Assembly (NCBI GenBank): GCA_900555125.1
Contig: USKH01000001.1
Coordinates: forward strand, 1-34,159
Source: an uncultured Clostridium sp.
GTDB taxonomy: Bacteria > Bacillota > Clostridia > Christensenellales > Pumilibacteraceae
Reading direction: 5' to 3'
DNA length: 34,159 nt
The translations under genes and the position numbers were made by a program. The notes beneath the pieces are model-generated. The model was not told the origin of the DNA. It saw only the letters and a program-made list of their open reading frames with translations, and did no database searches. Shown one piece after another: positions 1-11,100 of the stretch. Every line of letters starts with the position of its first letter. Position 1 is the first letter of the stretch.

Positions 1-1254
1 CTCAACATGGACGTCGACGGGTACGGTTCGTTTGAACGCGACGTCAAGATTAAAGACCGCGACTACGCAATCGGAGGAGAAGAAACCTTCAGACAATGGG
101 TTGTGGGCAAGTATAAACAGGGAGATCTTCGTCTCGAACTGAAAGAAGACCGATCCTTCTCTCTGGATAAAATCACGTACGTCGAAGAAGAGCAGGAAAT
201 CGACGTAACCAAGGAAGACGGAACGGTTGTCAAAGAAAAACACGTCGTTAAAAAACAGAAAAAGGAAAACGTCGAAAAAGGAACGTACACCGCGTCCTAT
301 TGCGCAGCCGGGAAAGACGTCGTTATTAACGAAAACATGAACGAGTTGCAGGTTTCCCGCGGCGAAAGCTACAATATAAGACTGTTTACCAACGACGGAG
401 AACTTGCTACTTCTACAAGCTACCGCGTTGCCGGAGCGGGCGAAAAACTGGGCGCAATTCTTGGCGGATACTTCACATGGATAGGTAATCTTTGCCGCGG
501 CGACCTCGGTAACAGCTTCCTGTACGAAAAACCGGTTTCTCAGGTTATAAGCGAAAACATGTGGATTTCGTTTGCAATAGCAATCGTCGCAACCATATTG
601 CAGTTTTTGATAGCAATTCCGCTCGGCGTGTCTTCCGCAACCCATCAGTATTCGGTGCGCGACTACGCCGTCACGGTATTCACCATGATAGGTCTTGCGC
701 TTCCGACGTACTTCTTTGCGGCAATCGCTATAAAAGTATTTGCAGTGGACCTCGGATGGCTGCCTGCAAACGGTCTGGTTGACGCAAACAAGACTTATCT
801 GCCAACATTCGGAGATACGATGGCAAAAATCGGAGATATGGCACTTCACCTCGTTTTGCCGATATTTGTCAGCGTCATTCTCTCTCTGGGCGGACTTATG
901 CGCTATACGCGTACAAATACTCTCGAAGTGCTTAACGCCGACTACATTCGTACGGCACGCGCAAAAGGCCTTTCGGAAAAAACGGTTATTTACAAGCACG
1001 CTTTCCGTAACACTCTTATTCCGCTTGCAACGCTGCTTGCCGGCATTCTGCCGTCGCTTTTCGGCGGTATGATGATTACCGAGCAGGTGTTCGGTATCAA
1101 CGGTATCGGTAACCTGGCGTACAAAGCACTAAAACAAGCAGACATTCCCTTCGTCATGGGATACAACATGTTCCTGGCGATATTGACGGTCACCGGAACG
1201 CTGTTCTCGGATATCATGTATTCGATAGTCGATCCGCGCGTCAAACTCTCCTGA
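1..1254 (+). CDS. oppB: Peptide/nickel-type ABC transporter permease (OppB/DppB family); 5' end cut by the window edge
   Basis: The frame is open from nt 1. The M at nt 7 in the ORF track is probably internal, because the N-terminal TM1 that this family always carries is missing from the window. The C-terminal ~250 aa show the family pattern: loop motif WIGNLCRGDLGNSF, five hydrophobic helices, and EAA-type loop ADYIRTARAKGLSEKTVIYKHAFRN. Stop is TGA at 1252-1254. Opp versus Dpp/App cannot be decided from sequence alone. Confidence 0.85.
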   Translation, partial: LNMDVDGYGSFERDVKIKDRDYAIGGEETFRQWVVGKYKQGDLRLELKEDRSFSLDKITYVEEEQEIDVTKEDGTVVKEKHVVKKQKKENVEKGTYTASYCAAGKDVVINENMNELQVSRGESYNIRLFTNDGELATSTSYRVAGAGEKLGAILGGYFTWIGNLCRGDLGNSFLYEKPVSQVISENMWISFAIAIVATILQFLIAIPLGVSSATHQYSVRDYAVTVFTMIGLALPTYFFAAIAIKVFAVDLGWLPANGLVDANKTYLPTFGDTMAKIGDMALHLVLPIFVSVILSLGGLMRYTRTNTLEVLNADYIRTARAKGLSEKTVIYKHAFRNTLIPLATLLAGILPSLFGGMMITEQVFGINGIGNLAYKALKQADIPFVMGYNMFLAILTVTGTLFSDIMYSIVDPRVKLS

Positions 1255-1269
1255 TAAAGGCGGTGCGAA

Positions 1270-2379
1270 ATGGAAGATAAAAACGAATTGAAAGAAGTCA
1301 TCGTTTCCGAAGACACCGCTATGACGGACGTTATTCACGAAAACGAAAAAACTCAATCGCAGGTCGAGCTTCAGGCTGAAGCCAAAGCGGCGGAAGAAAT
1401 AACTTATAAGGAAATAAGCCCCGCAAGGCTTATTCTGCGCAGATTTTTCCGCTCGAAGCTGTCCATCGTCGGCATAATAATGCTGGTGTTTTTGTTCGCG
1501 TTCTCATTTTTAGGACCGGTTGTCTACAACAAGTGGGAGCCGGATATCCCCGACAGCACGCCCACCATCAACACCTATTATTATACAGTCAAAACGGAGA
1601 TGCCGGACGGTACCACTGTCACCGTTATCGAGCAGCTGCAACAGGAAAGCCCCACCAACGCGTACGCGCCGCTGGACGGCAATCACATTCTCGGTACCGA
1701 CGATAAAGGTATGGACGTGTTCGTGCGTCTTATGTACGGCGGAAGAATTTCGCTTGCGATAGGATTTATAGTCGTAATTCTGCAAACGCTTATCGGCGTG
1801 GTATTGGGCGGTATTGCCGGCTACTACGGAGGCTGGGTAGACCAGATTATAATGCGTATAGTTGATATTTTCAACTGTATTCCCACGCTTCCGATACTGC
1901 TTATTGCCTCCGCGGTCATCGATTCGTGGCAGGTAACCGCCGACCAGCGTATTTATATACTCATGGTAATGATAACTCTGTTCAGCTGGAGCGGCACGGC
2001 TCGACTGGTTCGCGGTCAGATATTGTCGCTGAGAGAACAGGAATACATCACCGCAACCGAGGTTATGGGTTATTCGACGGCAAGAAGAATATTCAAACAC
2101 CTCATTCCCAACGTAATGCCGCAGCTTATTGTTTCCATGACGCTGGGATTGGGCAGCGTAATTCTGTACGAATCCACTTTAAGCTACCTTGGCTTGGGCG
2201 TTCAGCTCCCGAAGGCTGCATGGGGAACCATGATTGCAACGGCAAACGATCCGCAGGTGCTTAATTATCATCTTAATATGTGGTTGCCGGCAGGTCTTAT
2301 GATAGTCGTAGCCGTACTCGGATTCAATTTCGTCGGCGACGGTCTGCGTGACGCAATGGATCCAAAAGCGAGGAAGTAA
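1270..2379 (+). CDS. oppC: Peptide ABC transporter permease (OppC/DppC family)
   Basis: An acidic N-terminal tail is followed by TM1 (IVGIIMLVFLFAFSFLGPVV). Family motif HILGTDDKGMDVFVRLMYGGRISL is present, as is the EAA loop EYITATEVMGYSTARRIFKHLIPN. Purine-rich AAGGCGG lies just upstream of the ATG, 15 nt after the oppB stop. Confidence 0.88.
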   Translation: MEDKNELKEVIVSEDTAMTDVIHENEKTQSQVELQAEAKAAEEITYKEISPARLILRRFFRSKLSIVGIIMLVFLFAFSFLGPVVYNKWEPDIPDSTPTINTYYYTVKTEMPDGTTVTVIEQLQQESPTNAYAPLDGNHILGTDDKGMDVFVRLMYGGRISLAIGFIVVILQTLIGVVLGGIAGYYGGWVDQIIMRIVDIFNCIPTLPILLIASAVIDSWQVTADQRIYILMVMITLFSWSGTARLVRGQILSLREQEYITATEVMGYSTARRIFKHLIPNVMPQLIVSMTLGLGSVILYESTLSYLGLGVQLPKAAWGTMIATANDPQVLNYHLNMWLPAGLMIVVAVLGFNFVGDGLRDAMDPKARK

Positions 2380-2382
2380 GTC

Positions 2383-3543
2383 ATGAAAAAAGAAAGCAAT
2401 TACATTTCCATGAGCGAAAGCCGCAAAATACGGAAGTACAACATCAAGCAGATGCGCTACTACGAAAAGCAGAAACGTCGTAAATGCAGCGAGGATGAAT
2501 ATATCACTACCATGCGCGACGAAAACAACGTAGTGGAAATCGATAATCTCGAAACCTGCTTCTTTACCGACAACGGGACGGTTACTTCGGTTCACGGAGT
2601 GTCGTTCGACATACCCAAAAATAAAATAGTCGGCGTCGTCGGCGAGTCCGGTTGCGGGAAAAGCGTGACTTCGCTGTCCATCATGCAGCTTGTTCAGGCA
2701 CCGCAGGGACAGATAGTGGGCGGATCCATCCGCTTCAACACCGATCAGCTCGGATACGACGAAAACGGCAATAAGCTTGCCTACGATATAGTAAAAATGC
2801 CCACCGCCGCTACCTATAAGGTGCGCGGAAAGGACGTTACCATGATATTCCAGGAACCCATGACCAGCCTTAATCCCGTGTTTACGATAGGGTATCAGCT
2901 GGACGAAGTTTCCTTTTTGCTCGATCCGATGATAGGAAAGGAAGCCGCAAGGGAATATTCGATAAACCTTTTGAGAAAGGTTGGAATTTCCATGCCGGAA
3001 CACACCTACAAGTGTTACCCGCACGAACTTTCCGGCGGCATGCGCCAGCGTGTTATGATAGCAATGGCACTTGCCGGTAAGCCTAAGCTGATAATCGCCG
3101 ACGAGCCCACTACCGCGCTCGACGTTACCATTCAGGCTCAGATTCTCGAGCTTCTCCGCGATTTACAAAAGCGCGAGGGTTGCTCCATTATGCTTATTAC
3201 GCACGACCTCGGCGTTATTGCCGAAATGGCAGACGAGGTTGTCGTTATGTATGCCGGCAGAATTATCGAAAAAGGTACCGTTCAGGAAATATTCCACAAC
3301 CCGATGCATCCGTACACAATCGGATTGCAAAAGAGCAAGCCGCTTGTCACTTCCGACAGCAACGAGCCGCTGTATTCCATTCCCGGACAGGTGCCCAACC
3401 CCATCAATTTGCCCGACCATTGCTATTTCCGCAATCGCTGCGAAAGATGTATAGATAAGTGCAAGGGTAAATACCCCGAGTTTATTAAAGTAAGCGATAC
3501 GCACTACGTATCCTGCTACCTGTACGAAAAGGAGGGCGATTGA
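2383..3543 (+). CDS. oppD: Peptide ABC transporter ATP-binding protein (OppD type) with a basic ~45-aa N-terminal extension
   Basis: Walker [10 protein letters not shown]-loop IFQEP, signature LSGGMRQR, Walker [14 protein letters not shown]-loop ITHDL. The C-terminal oligopeptide-ATPase extension carries a Cys cluster ([15 protein letters not shown]...SCYL). GAGGAAG lies ~10 nt upstream of ATG 2383. The internal Met at 2512 has no RBS. Confidence 0.9.
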   Translation: MKKESNYISMSESRKIRKYNIKQMRYYEKQKRRKCSEDEYITTMRDENNVVEIDNLETCFFTDNGTVTSVHGVSFDIPKNKIVGVVGESGCGKSVTSLSIMQLVQAPQGQIVGGSIRFNTDQLGYDENGNKLAYDIVKMPTAATYKVRGKDVTMIFQEPMTSLNPVFTIGYQLDEVSFLLDPMIGKEAAREYSINLLRKVGISMPEHTYKCYPHELSGGMRQRVMIAMALAGKPKLIIADEPTTALDVTIQAQILELLRDLQKREGCSIMLITHDLGVIAEMADEVVVMYAGRIIEKGTVQEIFHNPMHPYTIGLQKSKPLVTSDSNEPLYSIPGQVPNPINLPDHCYFRNRCERCIDKCKGKYPEFIKVSDTHYVSCYLYEKEGD

Positions 3544-3544
3544 C

Positions 3545-4726
3545 ATGGACGAAATCAAAAACGAAAGCGTAGAAACCAACGCTTCGGACAAAGAATTTCT
3601 TAAAGTCGAAAACCTGAAAAAGTATTTCGTAATCGAAAAAAGCCTGTTCGGCAAGCCGCTTCGCTATCTCAAAGCAGTGGACGACGTGTCCTTTACGCTT
3701 GAAAGAGGTAAAACCATCGGCGTTGTCGGCGAGTCCGGCTGCGGAAAAACCACGCTGGGAAGAACAATATTAAAACTGTACGAGCCCGACGGCGGCAAAA
3801 TCTTTTTCGAGGGGCAGGAGCTTACGCATCTCAAAAAGAAAAAAATGCGTCGTTTCCGTACCGATATGCAGCTGGTTTTTCAGGATCCGTACTCTTCGTT
3901 GCCGCCCCGTATGACGGTGGGAAGCCTTATCGAAGAAGGCGTGAAAGTGCATAAAGTCGTGCCCAAAGAACAGGTGCACGACTACGTAATGGACATCATG
4001 AAAAAATGCGGCTTGCAGCCTCAGTATTACGACCGTTACCCGCACGAGTTTTCCGGCGGTCAGCGTCAGCGTATCTGCATTGCCCGCGCGCTTGCGGTTA
4101 AACCCAAGCTGGTCATCTGCGACGAACCTGTTTCCGCGCTCGACGTGTCCATTCAGGCGCAGATAATCAATCTTCTCAAAGAACTTCAAAACGATATGGG
4201 ACTGACGTACGTGTTTATTTCGCACGATCTGTCGGTCGTAAAATATGTAACCGATTCGGTACTTGTAATGTATCTCGGCAATATGATGGAAAAGGGAAAC
4301 ACGGACGAAATATTCCGCAATCCGCTTCATCCGTACACCAAGGCGTTGTTCTCGGCGGTGCCCGTCCCCAATCCGGACGTAAAAATGCACCGTATCATTC
4401 TGGAAGGAGATATTCCGTCTCCCGCCAACCCGCCCAGAGGTTGCAAATTTCACACGCGTTGTGCGCAGTGCATGAACGTGTGCAAGTTTGTTCCGCCTCG
4501 TTATGCCGAAGTAAAACCCGAGCATTTTGTCGCATGCCACCTGTATGACGAGGAAATTATGAACAATCTCGCTTCGTACGACGAACAATGGGAACAGATG
4601 GAACGCGATCGCATAGCTGCCGAAGCCGCCGCTGCCGAAAAGAAGTTCAAAAAGAACAGAGACAAACAGGCGGCTCAGGCGGAAGCCGAAAAGAAAGCCG
4701 AACAAAACGACGTCCATGAAGAATAA
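3545..4726 (+). CDS. oppF: Peptide ABC transporter ATP-binding protein (OppF type) with an Ala/Glu/Lys-rich C-terminal tail
   Basis: Walker A GESGCGKTT, signature FSGGQRQR, Walker B LVICDEPVSALD, H-loop ISHDL. C-terminal Cys motif CKFHTRCAQCMNVC...ACHL. AAGGAGGG at 3529-3536 precedes the ATG, which lies 1 nt after the oppD stop. Confidence 0.9.
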   Translation: MDEIKNESVETNASDKEFLKVENLKKYFVIEKSLFGKPLRYLKAVDDVSFTLERGKTIGVVGESGCGKTTLGRTILKLYEPDGGKIFFEGQELTHLKKKKMRRFRTDMQLVFQDPYSSLPPRMTVGSLIEEGVKVHKVVPKEQVHDYVMDIMKKCGLQPQYYDRYPHEFSGGQRQRICIARALAVKPKLVICDEPVSALDVSIQAQIINLLKELQNDMGLTYVFISHDLSVVKYVTDSVLVMYLGNMMEKGNTDEIFRNPLHPYTKALFSAVPVPNPDVKMHRIILEGDIPSPANPPRGCKFHTRCAQCMNVCKFVPPRYAEVKPEHFVACHLYDEEIMNNLASYDEQWEQMERDRIAAEAAAAEKKFKKNRDKQAAQAEAEKKAEQNDVHEE

Positions 4727-4955
4727 GGACGTCAAAAAAAAGAATAAAAGGGCGTTCGTTGACGACGGCCGCACCGTTTACGATATGAGTTGTCTCAATC
4801 CTGACGGAAAAAAAGATAAGGAGCCGATCGGGTTATCCCGCAAGGAAAAACACGCGGCTATAAGGGCGGCACTGTTGGTTTACGGGCGCATTTTTCTTAT
4901 CATTCTGGGGTCGTTTGCCGTTGTCGGAGCTCTTTTATGGCTTTGGCTTAAATAA
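4716..4955 (+). CDS. Small (79 aa) tail-anchored membrane protein, function unknown
   Basis: The ATG overlaps the last 11 nt of oppF, which suggests translational coupling; there is no independent SD. The N-terminal half is Lys-rich and a single C-terminal hydrophobic helix follows (IFLIILGSFAVVGALLWLWL). Codon usage looks like that of the neighbouring genes. No family recognised. Confidence 0.55.
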   Translation: MKNKDVKKKNKRAFVDDGRTVYDMSCLNPDGKKDKEPIGLSRKEKHAAIRAALLVYGRIFLIILGSFAVVGALLWLWLK

Positions 4956-4981
4956 GTTTGCAAAAACAAAAGTTAAATATG

Positions 4982-5011
4982 CGCAAAATGCGGTTTTATT
5001 CCGATTTTGCG
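4982..5011 (+). terminator. Stem-loop after the opp operon (possible terminator or RNA-stability element; no U-tract)
   Basis: CGCAAAAT(g)CGG-ttttatt-CCGATTTTGCG gives 11 bp with one bulge. It lies 27 nt after the small-ORF stop and ahead of the next promoter, but is followed by GAAAAC rather than a T-run. Confidence 0.3.
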
Positions 5012-5043
5012 GAAAACTATACAAAAAGACGGCGTGAAATGAA

Positions 5044-5058
5044 AAGTTTATGAAAATT
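5044..5058 (+). promoter_or_regulatory. CodY-box-like 15-mer
   Basis: AAGTTTATGAAAATT matches the AATTTTCWGAAAATT consensus at 13 of 15 positions. It lies 23 nt upstream of the -35 hexamer. Confidence 0.3.
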
Positions 5059-5080
5059 CCGGCTTTATCTTTTGCGTTGG

Positions 5081-5109
5081 TTGACCGTATGCCTTTTTAT
5101 ATTTATAAT
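5081..5109 (+). promoter_or_regulatory. Sigma-A type promoter of the protease-LRR gene
   Basis: TTGACC (5081-5086), exact 17-nt spacer, TATAAT (5104-5109). The RBS and ATG 5138 lie ~15-30 nt downstream. Confidence 0.7.
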
Positions 5110-5137
5110 AGCGCCATACGGAAAAGGAGTTACATTT

Positions 5138-8100
5138 ATGCGTAAGAAAATTATAGCTATTTTATTATGTGCGGCAATGCTTTCGGGCGTTGCGGCTTGC
5201 GCAGCCGGCAAGAAAGACGGCGGAACGGTTAGTACCGCGTCTACTCAGCTTATGGTTTTGCGCACCGACTACAAATTCTCTCAGGAAGAAGTAGCTTCGC
5301 GTATCAAAGCCGAATACCTTAAGGCGAACAACGGATATAAGGACGGCGACGTAATAGTAGCAATCATTACTCTGCCCGGCAAAAGCCTTGCCGATACCTG
5401 GCTCGAAGGCAGCAAATATTCCACGTTAGCCGAATATGCTCAGTCACCCGAAGGCGTTTATCAGGCGTCCGTAATCAAGAAAAACCAGGACGGACTTATC
5501 GCCGAGCTGACCGAAAAAGGTCTTATTACCGGCGTTAAGTATCGCTACGACACTCTTACAAACGCCGTCGCTGTTACAACCACTTACGGCGGATTTAAAA
5601 AGATAGGAGACAGCGGCAGAGTAGCTTCGACGTACCTCAGCGACACTTACAATCGTCCCAAGTCCGAGAAAGCGGGCGGTGCATCCGGCATCGTCAACCT
5701 CGTCGACGTGTACGAAACCGGTATTTTCAACTCCGGCAGCGTAAGCTATACGGGTAAAGGAACCTCGGTTGCCGTTCTCGACTCCGGTTTCGACCTTTCG
5801 CACCCGGTATTTTCCACCATGCCCGACGTGGAGGACGACAAGCTTACCGTCACCCGCGACAGCGTTTCCGCCGTTCTTTCGGCATCCAATGCCGCAAAAA
5901 CCACCAAAGGGTTGGAAATAAACGACGTTTACGTAAACAACAAAATTCCTTATGTATACGATTACGCAGATAAAGATTACGACGTATTCCCGTACGATTC
6001 CGAGCACGGCACTCACGTTGCCGGTATCATCGGCGGCAAAACGCCCGACAGCGCAAAAACCGAAACCGAACAGGGTATTGTAGGCGTTGCCGTAGACACT
6101 CAGATAGTTTGCATGAAGGTTTTCCCCGACCTTACCGAAGGCGGTAAAACCGAAGACATAATAGCAGCGGTAGAAGACGCAGTTCTTCTCAACGTAGACG
6201 CAATCAACATGTCGCTGGGTTCTTCCTGCGGATTTGCCCGCGAAGAAGACGGCAGCCTTATAAACGCGGTATATGATAAAGTAAACGCTTCCGGCGTAAG
6301 CCTTATAGTTGCCGCAAGCAACAGCTACAGCTCCGCACAGGGCGGCGAACAGGGTAATACCGCGTTTACCACCAACCCCGACTACGGCACCGTAGGCTCG
6401 CCTACAACGTACGCGGCGGCAACTTCGGTTGCGTCCATCAGCGGCGTTAAGAGCAGATATTTCGTTGCAAACGACAAAGACGTCGTATTCTGGACCGAAT
6501 CCAGCTCCACCGCAGCCAAGAAAAACGATTTCTACAAAGAATTGTACGAGGCTATGGGCTGGGACGTCAACGATAAAGAAGAACATACTCTCGAATACGT
6601 CACCGTTCCCGGCGTGGGACTTAAAGTCAACTATTCCAGCATAAATGTAAAGGGCAAAATAGCGCTTGTCCGCCGTGGAGACAGCTCATTCGAAGACAAA
6701 GCTTTGCAGGCAAAAGCAGCCGGAGCGATCGGTTGTGTCATTTACAACAACGTCGAAGGTAACATCAGCATGTCTATGGGTAAAACCGAACACGTGCCCA
6801 CCATTTCCATTTCAAAGGAAGACGGAACCGCGCTCGCAGCATACGCAAGCGGTAAACTTACCTTCTCCGCCGACGACCAGGCAGGTCCGTTCATGTCCGA
6901 CTTCTCCAGCTGGGGACCTTCGCCCAACCTTGAACTCAAACCCGAAATAACCGCTCACGGCGGCGACATCAAGTCGGCTATTCCCGGCGGCGGATACGAT
7001 CAGCTGTCCGGAACCAGCATGGCTTGCCCCAACCTTTGCGGCATCGCCCTGCTTATCCGTCACTACGTAAAAGATAATTTCAAAGACATCGCAGGCAACG
7101 CAAAAGAAGTAAAACTGATGACCAACCGTCTGCTTATGTCCACCGCAACCATCGCTCTCGACCGCTACGGCATAGCTTATTCGCCCAGAAAACAGGGAGC
7201 GGGACTTGCCAGCCTTAAAAAGGTTGTAAGCACCGGCGCATATATCGAAGTTCCCGGTTGCGAGAAAACCAAGCTCGAACTTAAAGACGATCCCACTCGT
7301 ACGGGCGTTTACGAAATGAACTTCAACGTCGTAAACGTATCCGACAAAGATATTCATTACGATCTCAGCGTACTCGGTCTTACCGACGAAATATCTTCTT
7401 CCGACGAACGCTTTGTTTCCGAAAGAGGAAAGTTGCTGTCCGGTTCGATGAAGCTCGAAAGCACAACCGCCGGCGCAGTAAACGGCACTACGCTTACCGC
7501 AAAAGCAGGCGAAACCACTGCCGTTAAACTTACTTACAGTATTTCCGACGCCGACAGAACCTATATTGAAAGATATTTTACCTACGGAACTTACGTCGAA
7601 GGCTTTGTCAAGCTGGAAACAACCGATAAAAATTCGGCAGGCGAAAACGAAGTAAGCCTTAACGTGCCTTTCCTCGCTTTCTACGGCGACTGGACCGAAG
7701 CTCCTATGTTCGATAAGGACTACTACCAGGTGGACAAGGACAAAAACGACGCTTCGCTCGACGAGGACGATAAAGTAAAAGCCGACTATTACGCAACCAC
7801 CCCGTACGGAACTTATTTCTACAACTATATAATTCCGCTCGGCACCTACCTGTATGATATCGATACCGATAAATACGATAAAATAGTGGCTTCGCGCGAT
7901 CATATCGCAATATCCGATTCGTTAGGAACGATAAGCGGATTGTCAACCATTTATGCCGGACTGCTGCGCGGGGCAAAAACCATGGACTTCACCATCGTGG
8001 ATAAAACCACCGGCGAAGTAGTGTGGAGCAAAACCGAAGTCAACGCAAGAAAAGCTTATTCCAACGGCGGCTCGCCCGTTCCGTATTTCAATCAGCTTAA

Positions 8101-11100
8101 ACTCAGCTCCAAGGAATTGGGACTGGTGAACAACCGTACTTATCAGTTCAAGATGGTAGGAAAACTCGATTACGGTGACGGCGGAGTAGCTACCAATGCC
8201 AACAATTCGTTTGAGTACGACTTTGTTCTCGATAACGAAGCACCCATGATTAAGAGCTGCACGTACGAAAAAGTGTACGATAAAGCACTTAAAAAGGATC
8301 GTTATTATATAAACATGGTGGTCTACGACAATCAGTACGTTATGTCCGTATCGCCCGTTTTGTTCACTTCAAACAATTCGTATACCACGCTTACTAAAAA
8401 CGCGATCCCCGTTTATTCGCAGAAGGGAACCGACAATAAAGTAAGAATTGAAATAACCGACTATCTCGAAAACGTCGGATACGACAAACTTCTTTCCGGA
8501 TCGCTTGCGTTCTCCGTAGACGACTATGCGCTTAATTCCAACATTTTCGTCTGCCAGTTGCCCGGAACCGCCGGCGAAATCAAATTCACCAAAGACGGCG
8601 AATGGGACAGCCCCGCGCTCAATATTCTGTCCGTATACGAGGACGAAGTAGTAGATCTCACCGATAAACTTGCTACCGCCGACGAAAACGTGGACGAAAA
8701 CAAGGATTATCTCAGATATCTCAAATGGGAAAGCTCCAATCCCGCAATAGCGGAGGTGAAAGACGGTCTGGTTAAGGGAATAAAACCCGGCAGAGCAACT
8801 ATTACGGCTACCAGAAACGGCGTTGTTTCACAGGAATCTCTCTCTTCGCATCAGGCAATGATAATAATCAACGTCAAGAAGAGAACAACCGCAACGCAAA
8901 GTCTTGCCGCTCAAACCGAAGAAACTGTTGTAAGAAGTAAAGCCCCCGCTTCGGAGGGAGAAGTCACCGTTATGTCCAATAACGGAGTGAACAACGCAAA
9001 CGACGCTTCGGTTAAATCGTTGCGCTTTGCTTATTTCGATACTCTGTTTGCATACAGCAGAGCTGCCGGCACCAGCGAAATAGGAAAAACGGGTGAAAGA
9101 AAATTCATCACCGCTGTTTCCGGGTCGGTTAAAATGTATCCGGGCGAAAGAATTCAGCTTGCCTGCGACATGGATCCGTGGTACGTTGCCGGCAAATATG
9201 AAATGTCGTATCAGACCAGCAACGAAGCTATCGCAAAAGTAAATCAGGACGGTACCGTAACCGCGATGAAGGAAGGCTCGGTAACCATTACCGCTTCGCT
9301 TTCCGGCTCCAACATAAAAGCTCGTTTCAGAATAAACGTTCAGAATCCGTTTATAGTCGAAAACTACGTGCTTGTGTCCTATAAAGGATATGTCGAGAAC
9401 GGAGTAGTCGAAATCCCCGAAGAGGAAGGCGTGCTGTACATCGGAGCGTATGCGTTCTGTCTGTACACCACCGACAACACCATCGAAGTGGACGAGGACG
9501 ACTACGACGCAAACAAAATTCCCGCATCCAACAGCTCCGTTAAAAAGGTAATAGTGCCCGATACGGTGGAAGAAATCAGAAAATATGCATTCTACAATTG
9601 CACCGGACTGGAAGAGGTAGAACTCAAAGGCGAAGTAAAATACCTGCGCGAATATGCCTTCTCCGGCGACGCCAAGCTGAAAAAAATCAACCTCGGAAAT
9701 GTGGAAGTAATAGGTAAAAACGCATTTTACGGATGCACTTCGCTTACTTCTCTCGACCTTAACAAGTGTTATTCCATCGGCGAAGCCGCTTTCCAGGGCT
9801 GCACCGGGCTTACCACCGTCGACCTTTCCAAACTGCGCAATGCGGGCAAGGAAATGTTCAAAAACTGTACAAATCTCAAAAGCGTTGTACTCGGACCGCA
9901 CACCAAGCTGTCATACGGCGCGTTTGTAAAGAGCGGACTTACTTCCGTCGATCTGTATGCAAACGTCGTTCCGCAGTTTGCTTTCGCTCAGTGCAACGAC
10001 CTTAAAAAAGTGGTTATCCACAACGATATGCTGTATATCGATAAGGGAGCGTTCTGCCAGAACCCCAATCTCGAAACGGTTGAACTGCTCGGCAAAATCG
10101 AACTTATCGGCGAACAGGCGTTCTACGATTGTCCCTCGCTTAAGAAAATCAAACTGCCCGGCGGAAAGGTTACCATAGGGCTTAACGCGTTCTACAACTG
10201 CAATAATCTCGAAGAAATAATTATCCCCGCCGATCTCGAAAAGTTATCCTTTGTCGGCAGCGGTTTCCGCGCCACCGGCGTGAAGAAATTCACCGTCGAG
10301 GCGGGAAATAAGAACTTTACCACCAACAACGAAGGCACCATGCTGTATTCGGACGGAGGAAAGAAACTTATAGCAGTTGCTTTCGGGGCAGTAACCGGCG
10401 ACGTCACAATTCCCGCAGAAGTTCAATCTATAGGAGCGGGTGCGTTCGGCGGCACCGCAATCACCTCGGTAACCTTCCTCAATCCCGATATCAAAATCGG
10501 CGACTATGCATTCGCAAACTGCGATTCGCTTGAAAAAGCGACCTTCGCGGCAGGCGGAAAAGCAGTAACCGGTATTCGTTCGTTCTATGCAGACGACAAA
10601 CTCACCGTCGTCGAAAACATGCAGTATATTGCCGAAATAGGCGACTATTCGTTTGCCGCTACCTCGGTTGCCGAAGCCAATATCGGCGACAACGTAATAT
10701 GCGGCGAAGGCGCGTTCTTCAACGGCAAGGTCACCGTCGCAACCGTAGGCGAAAACGTAAAGCTCGGTTTGGGTGCTTTCCAGAACTGCAAAAAGCTTGT
10801 AAAAGTAAATATGCCCGATAAAGGCGGCGTTCACATAGGCAAGTATTGTTTTGCTTATGCCACCGAACTTAAAGAAATCGACCTTAGCAAAACAGACGAC
10901 AGACTGGAAGAAGCGGCATTCTTCAACTGTACCTCTCTTAAAAAGGCAAACCTCGTAAACGTCAAGTATATCGAAGGATATGTGTTTGCCGATTGCGCAA
11001 AGCTGGAAGAAGTACTCGTTCCCGCCGTTGTCGAAATCGGTCAGGGTGCGTTTGCCAAGTACGAACAGGAAAGCGGCGCGGCTCCGAGATTTACCGAAAT

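Noticed and set aside
561-4774. Short and medium out-of-frame ORFs within the opp genes: 561-782, 740-1072, 990-1316, 1510-2100, 1926-2264, 2179-3024, 3163-3654, 3770-4774.
   Set aside because: Each lies entirely or almost entirely within one or two confidently identified ABC transporter genes. Their translations are Arg/Cys/Ser-rich nonsense without motifs.
5072-5137. N-terminal extensions in the ORF track: TTG 5072 for the protease, GTG 12894 for the 865-aa protein, 31245 for metG.
   Set aside because: In each case a downstream ATG has a strong SD at 6-9 nt and yields a canonical N-terminus (a lipoprotein signal peptide, or the metG MENAKTFYITTPIYY start). For 5072 the promoter lies inside the extension.
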